Of a DNA stretch of 64,000 nt, positions 36,001-49,255 are shown piece after piece. The stretch is taken from assembly GCA_030704615.1 (NCBI GenBank), contig CM060733.1, positions 47,926,001 through 47,990,000 on the forward strand, read 5' to 3'. The stretch is from Takakia lepidozioides. Its lineage: Eukaryota > Plantae > Bryophyta. The notes under the pieces were generated by a model that worked only from the letters and a program-made list of their open reading frames with translations, searched no databases and had not been told where the DNA came from. Both the position numbers and the translations under genes were made by a program. Within the stretch, counting starts at the first letter, position 1. Each line of letters starts with the position of its first letter.

Positions 36001-39000
36001 CTTCCTTGTTCACTTCAGTCCATCTGGTTGGCATGGGAGTTAAATTTTGACATAGGCTGTTTGCTGGGGTTCTCCTGGACAGCAAATGGCAAGAGGGAGA
36101 GGGAAGAGGAAGAGCCTGAAGGGAAGGGTGTGGAGAGCCCAGTGAATCCTGTTGATGCAGCCTGGGATCGCCTGAATGTCTTGTACTCAAGGTACACCTT
36201 CACCATCTGCTACCTTCTTCTCCTTGCAATCTTCATGTTCTATAGGTAACAAGGTTTCTCTTGCTTGTTTTTTGTTTCTATCTTAAAGGGGCTAAGTCCT
36301 GGCAGAAGAGAGTAGAAGAGATTCTCAAGGACCTGGACCTGGATCCGCAAGTCTTGACCCTGCTGGATAAATCTGACTTAGAGGCTGTAGTGTCCTCAGC
36401 CATGTCTGTTGCCATGAGATTGTCTGATGAAAATGAAGTTAGGCAGAAAACTTCCCTGAACTTGTTTCCAGTCTGTGACATGGGGGAGGACATCTTGGAT
36501 GACCTGAAGGGTCTACCCACTCTCGGCACTAGACTGAAATTTAAACTCAGGGCAGGAAGCCTACCTTTGAACAGCAAACAGAAGCAGAGAGGAAAGGGAG
36601 AGTGCAATTGCCCGTTGTGTGGGCAATCTGAAGACAGTATTCATTTTCTGATACACTGTCCGGGGTTCTCTCACCAAAGAGACGCTCTCTTCAAATCTAT
36701 TAAGGGAATTGTGCCTGTACCCCTGTTTACCAACTTTGAAAGTCTCGAGGCTGAGCCAAAAGCCCAGGCCCTCCTGAGGCCTAGTTTTTGGGCAAATCAC
36801 ACACAGCAGATTGATGCTTGTGTGAAGGGATTTCTAGAGGATATCTGGAAAACCCGGATTAATTCTTTATATGGAGGTAAGTCTTACTACCAACGTCAGC
36901 CCCTGACAGAGGTAGGTTCTGTCCCTTTTGTTCCCGCTCAAACTGGGCGCAGGGTCAATGGCCACAAGGCTACGGCAAACAACGTCTTATGAGTACAATC
37001 TATCTTAAAGGGGAGAGCCAAAAGTGCAAAAAACATCTTGGAACCCACGTTCCTATGAGGTTCCCAATGTACAATCCGACATCCCTAGTTAGTAGGGTAG
37101 AGACACATGGGCTCCACTGCTTGTTCAATAACTTGAGTCAGATGGACTCCCCGTGGCTGGTTCCCTATCTGATTTGTGGTACCCTTGACAGCATTGTCCC
37201 ATATCGAAATAACTCAGTGGATAGATGGCAACGGAAGACGCAGTTGTCAACAGGTGCAGCTGCTGTCAAGGGCAGACTTCGCGCATTCAACCAGGTTGAT
37301 TCATATCCTCGTTATCTGTTTCCTTAACTCCTTATGCTGACACTGCACAAGAGTAAAGCTCCTGCACATGAATACTGAAACCCTGCCATATGCTAATGCA
37401 GAGTGTAACACAACAAGTAGCAATGGCCATGCGAGATCCAAGCCGTCTCATTCAGCGTATGCGGTTGCAACAATCTTCTTCCCGGATTCTGGGCAAGGTG
37501 CTTGCAGCATTGCCAACTTCCACAACTCTTTATTTTGAAATTCACTCGGAATTTATGTAGTAACACCACATTTTATGATGTGAACCATTCAGTGTGCCCA
37601 GAATGACTCCAGTATTTAAACCATGGGAAAGATATGGGCACACTGTTAGTTTGAATCTGGTGACATGGCACAGAGGGTATGTTGCCTGATATGCGATTTC
37701 CATTCATAGTGCTGGTTTGTTGCAGTCGGCACAGCCTAATTCTGAGAAGGATGCACGTTTTGAAGCCGGGTCTGCTCAGGTGAATGGTGATATAGAGGTG
37801 AGATAGCTATGTCGTTTCAATTTGAATAGCTATTTCGCACTCCTTTCGCAGAGAGGGAGAAAAGTGTTTGTCTTCCTGTTTTCTATGAATGATGGGTATG
37901 ATGTACATTATTTCTGCCAATGAGACATGGAGAGAGAAATATTCAAAAACCTAAAAGGAACATCTTGCCCATCTTGACTGCGAATGACTGATTCTTTTGT
38001 GGGCAACAGAGAAAGAATATGGAGTATGATGAAGGTGCCAAACACTAACAGACTTCATGGATTTGGTCTGCTTGAGCTCCTTTGTGCATGACTGGACAGA
38101 AACATGCAAGGCACTTACGTAAATGCTAGTGAAGGATGTTGATCCTTCTGAAAATTGGTTGAGAGATACCTTCTACGGGCATAGCCCTTGCAGGATACTA
38201 ATCCTTCTGGAGTCAACTCTGGGGTCCTCACTCCTCCCATACCAGGGTATCAGCCCAAATTGTCATGTGGTGCACCGCCAACCACCGTTGTTACATGGTT
38301 GCCTGATTGAAGTAAAACAGAAAAAAGCGGAAGACAAAGTGACAGAGGTCAGACAAGGTCCTGTGTCATTCTTTCTCAGCTTGAAGCGTAATGCGGGTCA
38401 GAATGATGGCAGGTGGATGATGTGGACCCAGAGTCATTCGATGACTCAGAATTCTACCAGCAATTGCTTCAAGAATTTTTGGATTCCTCTGATCCGAGCA
38501 CTCTTGGTGGGTTCTCAATCTTGCCTTTCTGAGTTTGAGTGGAATGTTTTGGAGCAAGTAAATTTTGAACTTTGTGTAACAGACCACTCCGACATTGGCG
38601 GTTTTGATGGAATCACTCTCCTCTTTCCCCACTATCACACCTTAACCAAGCAGAATGGTGTTATGCAACACTGATGGATATTACAGACCAATTTAAGAGT
38701 TGTTCATGCAAATTTAATTTTTTATTTTGCACAAAAAAAACTCAATGCAGGAGATATGAGCCTGCTTTCAATGAGAAAACTGCGCAACAAGAAGAGGAAA
38801 ACGGTGGATCGACGGGCCTCTAAGGGGCGGAAAATCCGGTTCGTGGTTTCCTCTCTCAACCTGTTTTCTGTGGCTATGTTGGAGAATTCAGGTCCAGGTC
38901 CTGGTCCTTGTCGTTATCATACTCCCTCTGATAGGACAATGAGAGGTTAACCTTAATCTTATCCCACTATCTCACGGTTAGGCAGTGTGGCCTAACACTG

Positions 39001-39476
39001 CAGATGGTCGTGGAAGAATCTGTTCTTCACCCATGTTGGAGGTTTCACCAATTGGTTGTAGGTGGAGGCATCCTCCCATCAAAGTGGTTACTTTATGGAT
39101 CTGCAAATTTGTAGGGAGACAATGTGGCAGCAAAAGAGCCCATGTGGCTGTGGATGGGGTTCTCAAAGTGATCACCCACACTGGCAGGAGCCACTGGCCG
39201 TAGTTGGTCAAGAATGCAACCTTTGCATGGCCAGTATGTGCCTGCCATGGAGTGGAATATTAAAACGTTTCGGCGCAATATAGAATAGACCTGAACTTGA
39301 AAATAAGTATTTGGAGAGGTGCTGACAGGTCTCCTGTTTTTTACAGGTACACTGTTCATGAACCTTTGGTCAATTTTATGGCGCCAGAACCCATGGTACT
39401 ACCTCCCATGGCCTCCAAACTTTTTGCCAACCTCTTTGGTCAGCGGACCATTGCAGTTAGTGAGCCAGCCTCTTAG
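33088..39476 (+). CDS. AATF: AATF/Bfr2/TRAUB family rRNA-processing protein (multi-exon)
   Basis: Exonic ALWDRALETRIGLQK, WQRKTQL...LRAFNQ, FDDSEFYQQLLQEF, VDRRASKGRKIR, YTVHEPLVNFMAP...LFANLFG; acidic N-terminus. Start and exon limits approximate. Confidence 0.88.
33601..33899 (+). mobile_element. 5'-truncated LINE fragment in an AATF intron
   Basis: Homologous to 36700-36998; flanked by duplicated CTCTCTCTCCCC within a (CT)n tract. Confidence 0.8.
36292..36998 (+). mobile_element. 5'-truncated LINE (ORF2 C-terminus) in an AATF intron
   Basis: CPLCGQSEDSIHFLIHC knuckle; 15-bp TSD TCTATCTTAAAGGGG at 36277-36291 and 36999-37013. Confidence 0.88.
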
Positions 39477-41349
39477 GAGAGAGATGTACCAAACTTGACC
39501 TGTGCACATTGCAAGCCTTGCATTGTCCTGTGTCCCCCAAATTGTGGGATGCCTGTGTCTGTTGTAGTGGACAAAGAGGACGCCAAAAACGCTGCCCACA
39601 GATCCTCTGGTAGGATAGCAGTTTGACCGCTACCCGCATTCAGATAATGCCCTCTTCTACCTTCAGGACACTTGTGAATGAGATAAGATGTAAGCACCCT
39701 CGTGCATCACAACCTGCTGTGTGTTATCTTGGGAGTTGTACATGACCTAGCCAGGATTGGACTGGCAAGTGCCCACCACCATGATGATGGGGTTGCACCA
39801 TTAGGCCACTGTTCAACTGCAGATGATTCATACCATTCGCAAAGGGATATTGTCCGCATTTGAGCAGCCATGATAGTGGCAGACCTGCGCTGCGCTCATC
39901 TTCCTCCTACCAGCCCACTATCATGAGCAACAATCAGCAGGCTCCATTTCCCACAAATGCACACAGCAAGTTCTCTCATGAGGCTGTGCAGATAAGCATT
40001 CAGGTAGCAAGATAGCATCATACAAAACATCACACAGTACCACTTTCAGTGAGACATTGCCGTCAAGATTCCTTCATTTTTGAATTTATTTTTCTTTATT
40101 TATTCTTCCTTTGTATTGCTAGTTTAGTATTACCACTGAACAAATGCACGGAATACATTATGCAAGCCCAGCCCTATTGTAGTTGTCAATAGGTTGTAAA
40201 TACTTGGAGTTTCAATCAGTGCCTACACATCCCCGGAACATTCCATGACCTAGATTTGCCAATTTTTGGTAATCGGTAGAGAGAGAGAGAGAGAGAGAGA
40301 GGACTCCGGCGTGACTAAGAGCCACTTCGTCTTACGGCTACTGCCCTTTTCGGGGGTGGGCCCTATAAAGAGAACACCGGGTAACCAGGAGGAGGTAATA
40401 TATAGGGGATGGTGCCTAGGGTACCTAAGGTACCGGGGGGTACTCCAGGATATCCTGGGATGCCGCAGATGGGTTGGATTCGAGTTGTCGCTTATTGGTG
40501 ACGATGGCAGTGAGGTGGATGGTTTTAAAACATTTGTGGATAGGGGAGATATGGATTTGACGATTGTCGTGTAACGTGTTTATGTTGGCGATATGAATTC
40601 CACCTCTAGTACCTACTGTCAAGGACAATAACATGACTGAACACAAACAAGAAATCAGACTAGAGGTACAAAACTAGACAAAAAGTCAAGGTCGGCGTGG
40701 CCGTACGCACGATGAGTAAATAAGAATCAAGAAGATCTTTATAACAGTGAACAAGAGTACAAGATATTGGAACACGATTTGAATACTGGAATGTTGGAAA
40801 CTGGATTGGAGTACCAGATACTGGAAACTGGGCTAGAGTACTGAGAACTGGACTGGAGTACCGGGGGCTGGAAACAAGAGTAGTTTAAGTTTCTTGCCGG
40901 AGAAGTTTCCAAGATTAAACAAAGGTTTCTTGATGGAGAAGCTTCTTTTAAACAAATGAGGTATCTTGATGGAGAAGTTTCCTCCAAAGAAAGCTTCCCG
41001 ATCAGTTTTCAAATAACTCTTGGTAATTTGGTAAACTCCCAATTACTAGATAATTAATGGTAAATTATGGTAATTTATGGTAATTTATGGTAATTTTTTA
41101 TAACATGGTAATTTGATAATTTGGTAATTTCTGATATTTACTCCTGGTAAGTTCCTCTGGGCTATGTCTGTGACGTCACTCCTCCTCCAGCGCCGAGTTC
41201 CTCGAAGAGCGGTAAAATCTTGGACTTGCTTAGAGTTGGAGAACCTCTCTCCTTAATGTGTATCGGATACACTGAATGTGGAGTCTTCACCTTGAAGCTA
41301 ACTTGGCTGACATCATCGTTGTGACGTCTTATTAACGTGTAGCTCGGGG

Positions 41350-44300
41350 CTTAGCTGGATATCGTTGATGAAACTCTTCGACTTTGTCAGATGTATTGGC
41401 GAGGTTGGATGAAGGTTCTTACGTTTGTTCGCTGATATCGTAGTCAAGACGAATGTACGAAATACTCAAGACGTTTATACTTGATACGAGAGTCTAACAC
41501 TTCGTCAACTTCATACTCAATTTCTTGATTGACTTCGATTGGTGGAGGTGGTACGGAGACTCTCCGTGGAATATTCGATAGATGATACAACTCCAATAAT
41601 GAAACACGAAATACTCGATGGATGCGCATACTTCGTAGGAGTTTAAGCCGAAAACTGACCGGATTTACTTGTCGAATAATTTTGAATGGTCCCAGGCGTT
41701 GATAATCCAACTTCCTTGATGGTCGCAATGTTTGTATGTCTCATCGAAGAAGCCACACACGATCTCCGATCTTGAACTGGGGTTGGAGTTGGCGACGTTG
41801 ATCTTCGTACTCCTTATATTATTTTTGAACTTTTGCGAGGTGGAATGTAAGCTCCTTGTGAATCGTAGCGAGATGAGTAGCAAGGTTTTCTACAGCAGGG
41901 CTTCCAACAATCTTCATGTGAAAAGAGTTTGCTCGAGGATAATGACCATAATTAGATAAAAATGGAGTTTGTTTGGTCGAAGAATGTATAGTGTTGTTGT
42001 AGGCAAACTCAGCCAATGACAGAAGGTCCGTCCAATTATCTTGGTGATAATTTATCGTACATCGAAGATACTGCTCCAAAATCTGGTTTACACGTTCGGT
42101 TTGACCATCAGTTTGTGGATGATTAGTTGTAGAGAGATTGATCTTAGTATCCAATATGTGAAATAATCCCCTCCAGAAATTTGATATGAACTATGGTCCT
42201 CGATCTGATACGATGTCGTTCGGGAGTCCATGAATACGGTAGATATTATTGAGGAAGAGTCTTACAGTTTCCTCATCGGTAACCGTCTTATTACATGGAA
42301 TGAAATGTGTCATTTTCGTAAAACGATCTACAATAACAAGGATTGAATCGGTGGTCTTGGAAATTGGAAGATCCGTAATAAAGTCCATAGACACAGACGA
42401 CCATGGGCCCTTGGGAATGGGTAATGGTTGAAGAAGGCGGTAAGGTCGATGTCGTGGTCCCTTCGCTTTAGCACATGTGTCGCAAGATTTTATAAAAAAA
42501 TTCACGAGTTTCCACATCTGCAGCCACCAATAATCCCTGGATATCGATTCCATTGTTTTGTTGAAGCCGAAATGTCCTGCAGCCGGAAGATCATGACATG
42601 TTTGAAGAATTCGAAGTCGTGTAGGTCCTGGCGGTACATAAAGAAGTCTCTTGAAATAAAATACGTCATATTTGAATTCGAAATCGTTTGTAACATGTAG
42701 GTTGTCTCTAGGTCGATTTAGTTGCCTTCGTAGTGTCGTATCAAATTGGTCACTCTTTAGTGCTTCCTGAATCTCATTTATGATCTCTGTATCGTCATAG
42801 GTGGACATAGATAGCATATTCAATTGGAGATTTGCTGGTTTCAAGATGATGGATTTCTGTTGGTCAAAAGCTGCATCTCCTTCTTTTGGCGCAAGATACG
42901 ATCGTCGAGAAAGAACATCTGATTTTCCTTGAAGATGTCCGGGACGGTAGGTAATAACAAAATCAAACCTTACTAGTGACATACTCCATCTTGCTTGACG
43001 TCGATTCAAAACACGAGCACTCATAAAATACTCGAGGTTTTTGTGATCGGTATAGACAGTGACCTGATGTTTAGCTCCCTCCGATAGATGACATCACTCT
43101 TCAAAAGCATCGATAATCGCTAGAAGTTCTTTGTCATGGATTTCATAATTGATCTCCGCAACGGAAAATTTGCGAGAACGAAAACCAACAGGGTGAAGTC
43201 GGCCATCTGTACCGTATTGAGAGAATACCGCGCCAAGTACAAAGTCCGATGCATTTGCTTCCAAAAAGAATGGTTTAGATGGGTCTGCATATACCAATAT
43301 TGGAGCCGTTGTAAATGTCTGTTTCAGCCTTTCAAATGCTTGGTCAGCCTTCTCGTCCCATACAAATTTGTCCTTCCCTGTAAGTCGTGTCAATGGTGCA
43401 GCAATTTTGGAGTAGTCCTTGATGAAGATTTTATAGAAATTTGCAAATCCGAGAAAACATTGTATATGTCGAACCGAAGTTGGTTTAATCCACTCGATGA
43501 TGGTTTGTATTCTCTTCTGATTCGTAAAGACTCATTTGTCGGAAATAATGTAGCCCGAAAATTCGACCTCAAATTGGTGGAAAAAGATATTTTTCCAACT
43601 TGACATATAGTCCTTTTTCCCTCAATTTATGAAGGACAAGGCGTACATGACGACCATGTTCTTCTTCATTCTGTGAAAATATCAAAATGTCATCCAAATA
43701 GATGACTACAAAGTCATCTAAAAATTCTCAAAAGATGTCATTCATCATGTGTTGAAAATTTGCTGGAGCATTTGTAAGACCAAAAGACATAACCTGTATT
43801 TGAAATGTCCGTACCTTGTGCGAAAAACAGTCTTCCATTCATCTCCTTCTTTTATTCGTACAAGGTTGTAAGTTCCCCTCAAGTCGATCTTTGTGAAAAA
43901 TCCAAGTTATTCGAGGAGTCCGGAAATCAGCGGTAGTGGGTAACGAGTTTTTATAGTGACTTTGTTGAGCCCACAATAGTCCACACACAAATAAGATAGG
44001 TGCTCCCGCGGGTGATTTCGAATGTCGAATGAAATTCTTTGACAAATTTTCATCAATGTATTCGCGTAAAGCAGCCAGCTCCATTTGAGGTAAATTGTAG
44101 ATCGGGCCGAATGGTGGTTGAGCTCATTCTTGCAACTCAATTGCACAATCATAAGGTCGATGTTTTGGCAACATGTCTGCATTTTTCTTCTCGAAGACAT
44201 CCTTGAAATCTTGATATTGAGTGGGTAATGTCGAAGTACCTTGGTCTGTTATGGTTTTGATCGGAGTCACATAAAGTGCAAATGTCGCGTCTTCTTTCGT

Positions 44301-45837
44301 AGCTCTCATGAAGGCTCTAGCTCCAAGAAACATGGGTTGAATACCTTTGGTACTTTTGCATTTTTGTCTTGCCGAAATTTTTTGTGATCGCAAGTCGATG
44401 TCAGGATTATGAAGTACAAACCAGGGAAGTCCAAGGATCACAGGATTTGCTGGAGACTGGATGACATTGAAAACAATTTGTGATGCTTGATTTTTAAGCT
44501 TCACTTCAAGGGGTTGAGTTTCATGGTCAATATTTCCTGATGCTAACGGTCGTCCATCGATGACTTCAACAGGGGCCGAGAATTTCTTTCTTAAGAGCGT
44601 TAAATTGTGTTGCTTTGCAAAGTCTTTGTCAATAAAACACGCTGAAACGCCCGAGTCCAAAAGTGCTTCTACGGAGATATCTCGATTTTGCATCCTGATA
44701 TTTACTGAAACTGTGAAACAAGGTACAGGGTCTGGAGGTAAAAAGAGACTTATTTTTTGTGAGGAATTTGGGGTGTCCAGCCGCATGGTCCCTACTGTGA
44801 CTGGAAATCTTCGTTTTCCGACCTCCTCGTATCGAACACTTGAGTTGTGCCCCAAGCTTTGAATCTTCTCTTATTGAGGCAGTTTAATGCTATGTGATCA
44901 TCTTCTCCGTAATAAAGACATAATCCATTTGAGCGTCGTCTTTGTTTTTCTTGTGGCGTCAATGGCTTGAACCAAACAGCATCAATCTACATAGGATCAT
45001 TACCAGATGTCTGATGGATCGTTGTGTTTGGTGTCGTGGTAGTAGCGGCATGGTGCGTCGTCACCATCCAGATCGTTTCTCTTGACGTCTTTCGAACAAA
45101 CGATTATCGCATGCAATGACTTGGGTGATGGATTTGCTCAGTGTACTCACGTTTGGCATCGTCAGCAACAAATTTTTTACATACTGTTTTAAGCCACATC
45201 GAAACTGACTAGTGAGACTCTTCTCATTCCGGTCGAGGTTGCACACAAGTTGTCGAAATTCAGCAGCATAAACGAAAGCCGGACGTGCTCTTTGTCGAAG
45301 ATTTCGCATCTTTGTCTCTGCAACTCTCTCTCTATCATTCTCTCCAAACGTTGCAGTGAACTCGGACATAAACGTTTCAAAATTGTATAGTAAATGCGAA
45401 TTTTTTTCTAATAGCGGTGCAAATCAAGATAGGGCGGTGCCTGATAGAAGGGTGCCTACGAATCCTATTTGAATACCTTCATCGGGGTAGCGTTGTGGAT
45501 GTAGTCGTATGAACAATCGTACTTGTTCAACAAAACCGCGAAATCTTGATCTCGTCTCATCAATTTTTTCGGGCATGCTCACCTTTGGTTCATTTGTAAT
45601 CTGTTGAAGATTTGGAGAAACCGTGGCAGTATGATTTGTTGTAGTAGAGACTCATAAGGTTGAAGATTCATTGTTCGACTCATTCAACTCTGAAATTTGT
45701 TGTTGCAAATTGTTGAGAGCGTTGCCAAGATCTTGAGACTGATCAACTTGTAGTTGGGCAGTAGAGACACGAAGTTCTTGCATCTGGAGCTGAAGACTCT
45801 GCAATGTGACGACCATTTCCGCAAATATGCCTTTCAT
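41350..45837 (-). pseudogene. Chromovirus gag-pol (gag, PR, RT, RH, IN, chromodomain), degenerate
   Basis: ALLDSG, YLDD, IHDKELLAI, HDLPAAGHFG, SMDFITDLP, SDRGP, LGPF, EYEVDEVLDSR chromodomain. Confidence 0.92.
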
Positions 45838-46394
45838 CTTAACTAACTAAGGAACAAACTTTAATCTCGTCAAACTGTCAAGGATATGAATATAACTGAA
45901 CACAAACAAGAGATCGGACTAGAGGTACAAGACTAGACAAGAAGTCAAGGTCGACGTGGCCGTATACACGATGAGTAAATAAGAATCAAGCCGATCTTTA
46001 TAACAATGAACAAGAGTACAAGATATTGGAACACGACTTGAATACTGGAATGCTGGAAACTGGACTAGAGTACCAGATACTGGAAACTGGGCTAGAGTAT
46101 TGGGAACTGGATTGGAGTACTGAAAACTGGAAACAACAGTAGCTTTAACTGGTGTTGGCGAGACTGAATAGTGTCTAGTCTCGCCTCCTATATATACTGG
46201 CTACTAAGAAGCTTTCTAAGCAATTTCCCAAGTTATTCTTGGTAATTTGGTAAACTTCCAGTAACTTGGTAAGTAATGGTTCATCATGGTAAATCATGGT
46301 GGATCATGATAAATCACGGTAACATGGTAACATGGTAACTTGACAACTTCAAGTATTTACTCCTGGTAAGTTCATCTGGGCTATGTCCGTGACA

Positions 46395-47632
46395 GTAGCC
46401 CAGAAATTCGACCTCAGATTGATGGAAAAGACATTTTTCCAACTTGACATTAGTCCTCTTTCTCTTAAATTATCAAGGACAAGGCATACATGGCGGCCAT
46501 GTTCTTCTTCATTCTGTGAAAATATCAAAATGTCGTCCAAATATATGACTACAAAGTCATCTAAAAATTCTCGAAAGATGTCATTCATCATATGTTGAAA
46601 AATTATTGGAGCATTTGTAAGACCGAAAGGCATAACATCGTATTCAAAATGTCCATTTATTGTTCGAAAAGTTGTCTTCCATTCGTCTCATTCTTTTATC
46701 CGTACAAGGTTATAAGCTCCTCTCAAGTCAATTTTGGTGAAAATTTCGCTCATCCCAGTTGGTCGAGAAGCCCAGAAATCAGGGGCAACAGATAATGATT
46801 CTTAATTGTGACTTTGTTGAGACCGCGATAGTCTACACACATGCGTAATGATCCGTCCTTTTTTTTCACAAACAAGATAGGCGTGATGTCTTTCGAAAAA
46901 ACGATTATCGCATTCAATGACTTGGGTGATGAATTCGCTCAATGTGCTCACGTTTGGCATTGTCAGCAACAAATCTTTTACATCCTCTTTTAGTCCACAT
47001 CGAAACTGACTAACGAGGCTCTTCTCATTCCAGTCGAGGTCACACTCAAGTTGTCGAAATTCAGTAGCATAAACGGAAGCAGGACGTGCTCCTTGTCGAA
47101 GATTTCGCATTTTTGTCTTTGCAACTCTCTCCCTATCATTTTCTCCAAACATTGCAGTGAACTCGGACATGAATGCTTCAAAATTGTATAGTAAATGCGA
47201 ATTTTTTTCTAATAGCGTTGCAAACCAAGATAGGGCAGTGCCTGATAGAAGGGTGCCCACGAATCCCACTTGAATACCTTCATCGGGGTAGCGTTGTGGA
47301 TGTAGTCGTAGGAACAATCGTACTTGTTGAACAAAACCGCGAAATTTTGATCTTGTCCCATCAAATTTCTCGGGCATGCTGATCTTTGGTTCTCTCGTAA
47401 TCTGTTGAAGAGAAACTGTTGCAATATGAGCTGTTGCAGTAGAGACTCGTATGGTTGAAGATCCATTGTTCGACTCCTTTAACTCTGAAATTTGTTGTTG
47501 CAAATTGTGAAGAGCGTTGTCAAGATCTTGATATTGATTAGCTTGTAATTGGGCGGTAGAGGTACGAAGTTCTTACATCTGGAGCTGAAAACTCTGCAAT
47601 GTGACGATCATTTCCGCAAATGTGTCTTCCAT
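46395..47632 (-). pseudogene. Second, internally deleted chromovirus copy (gag + RT fragment)
   Basis: PEKFDGTRSKFRGF gag; [13 protein letters not shown]; ends at EFLGY against the middle LTR. Confidence 0.88.
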
Positions 47633-48407
47633 CTGAACTAACTAAGGGGCAAACTGCAGTCTCGCCAAACTGTCAAGGACAAGAACATGACTGAACACAA
47701 ACAAGAAATCAGACTAGAGGTACAAGACTAGACAAGAAGTCAAGGTCGGCGTGGCCGTATACACGATGAGTAAATATGAATCAAGACGATCTTTATAACA
47801 ATGAACAAAAGTATAAGATATTGGAACACGTCTTGAATACTAGAATGCTGGAAACTGGATTGGAGTATCAAATACTGGAAACTGGGCTAGAGTACTGGGA
47901 ACTGGACTGGAGTACTGGGGGCTGGAAACAAAAGTAACTTGAACTGGTGTTGGCGAGACTGAAGAGTGTCCAGTCTCGCTTCCTATATATACTTGCTACT
48001 AAGAAGCTTCCCCTATAGAGGTTTATTGATGAAGAAGCTTCTTTAAACAAATGAGGTATCTTGATGGAGAAGTTTCCTCCAAAGGAAGCTTCCTGAGCAG
48101 TTTCCCAAGTTACTCTTGGTAATTTGATAAATTTGGTAATTTGATAAATTCCCGATAACTTGGTAACTAATGATAAATCATGGTAGATCAAAGTAAATCA
48201 CGGTAAATCATGGTAACTTCCGGTAACATGATAACTTGGTAACTTCTGGTATTAACTCTTGGTAAGTTCCTCTGGGCTATGTCCGTGACACCTACTGTGA
48301 TAATTAATAGGGGGCCGGTGCGCCACCCACACAGGCGGATGGCGAGGATGAGGGGGACATATTTTTGTCGTTTCTCTAGAATGGAGGGGGCTGGGTATCA
48401 GTCATTA

Positions 48408-49255
48408 CACTACAACAGATCGTGGTATTTATGACTGTATATATGACTATTCTGCAGTCATAAACGGTACATATGACTTATATGAGTGTAAGTCGTGCAA
48501 ACCAAGTCAATACAATGAGTACAGGATGGTACGGTCCGGATGACTACAGTCATATGAACCAAGTGATATCTCTCATTGCAGTCATATATACCATACAACA
48601 GCCGCCGCTCCTGCGCCACGTGACGAGGCGTAATTGATTTAAAAAATTAAATTAAATTAAAAAAACAAAAAAATCAAAAACATATGTCAAATGTCGCGTC
48701 GCACCGCATTGTGCCACGTGGCATAATGCATTTTATAATAATGAAAAAACCACGTGGCAATCCATCTAGGGTACCACGTGCTATCCATAGCTTGCCTACT
48801 AACCCTAGGGCCATCTTATCCATTTGATTGTACTTAGAGAAGTTTGAACCTGCAACCTCTTTACTATAAGAGTTGTAGTTCACTACATGTTAACCAATAC
48901 ACCCAATAGTCATTTATATGATTATATGGTGTTTTAATTGTATTATACACACCAAATTACAAAATCCCCAGTAGTCATCATGACTATGTAACCTCATCCA
49001 TGTACACTGTAGTCATGGAAATGACTATGAATGGTGAGCTAAATCTGGTCAATTGCCGTTGACCAGCCTTCCGTCCATTCCGGAGCCATGTAGTCATACA
49101 GACGACTATTTAGATAGTTGTTCATATGACTACAGTCGTATGAACGACTGCAGGAGGTCAATTTCATATAAAAACATGGTGCAGTCATGGTCAAAGTCAT
49201 GAAAACCATAACTACCACGGTTTGGAAGTCATAACTACCGCGATCTGTTGTAGTG
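48408..49255. mobile_element. Non-autonomous CACTA element
   Basis: TIRs CACTACAACAGATCG / CGATCTGTTGTAGTG, 3-bp TSD TTA, ATGACT/AGTCAT subterminal repeats. Confidence 0.93.

Larger units (their letters stand above)
40617..48290 (-). mobile_element. Composite chromovirus (Tcn1/Tf1-like) with three LTRs: 40617-41175, 45876-46394, 47671-48290
   Basis: LTRs TGTCAAGG...GTGAC(A/G); 5-bp TSD CCTAC at 40612-40616 and 48291-48295. Confidence 0.93.
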
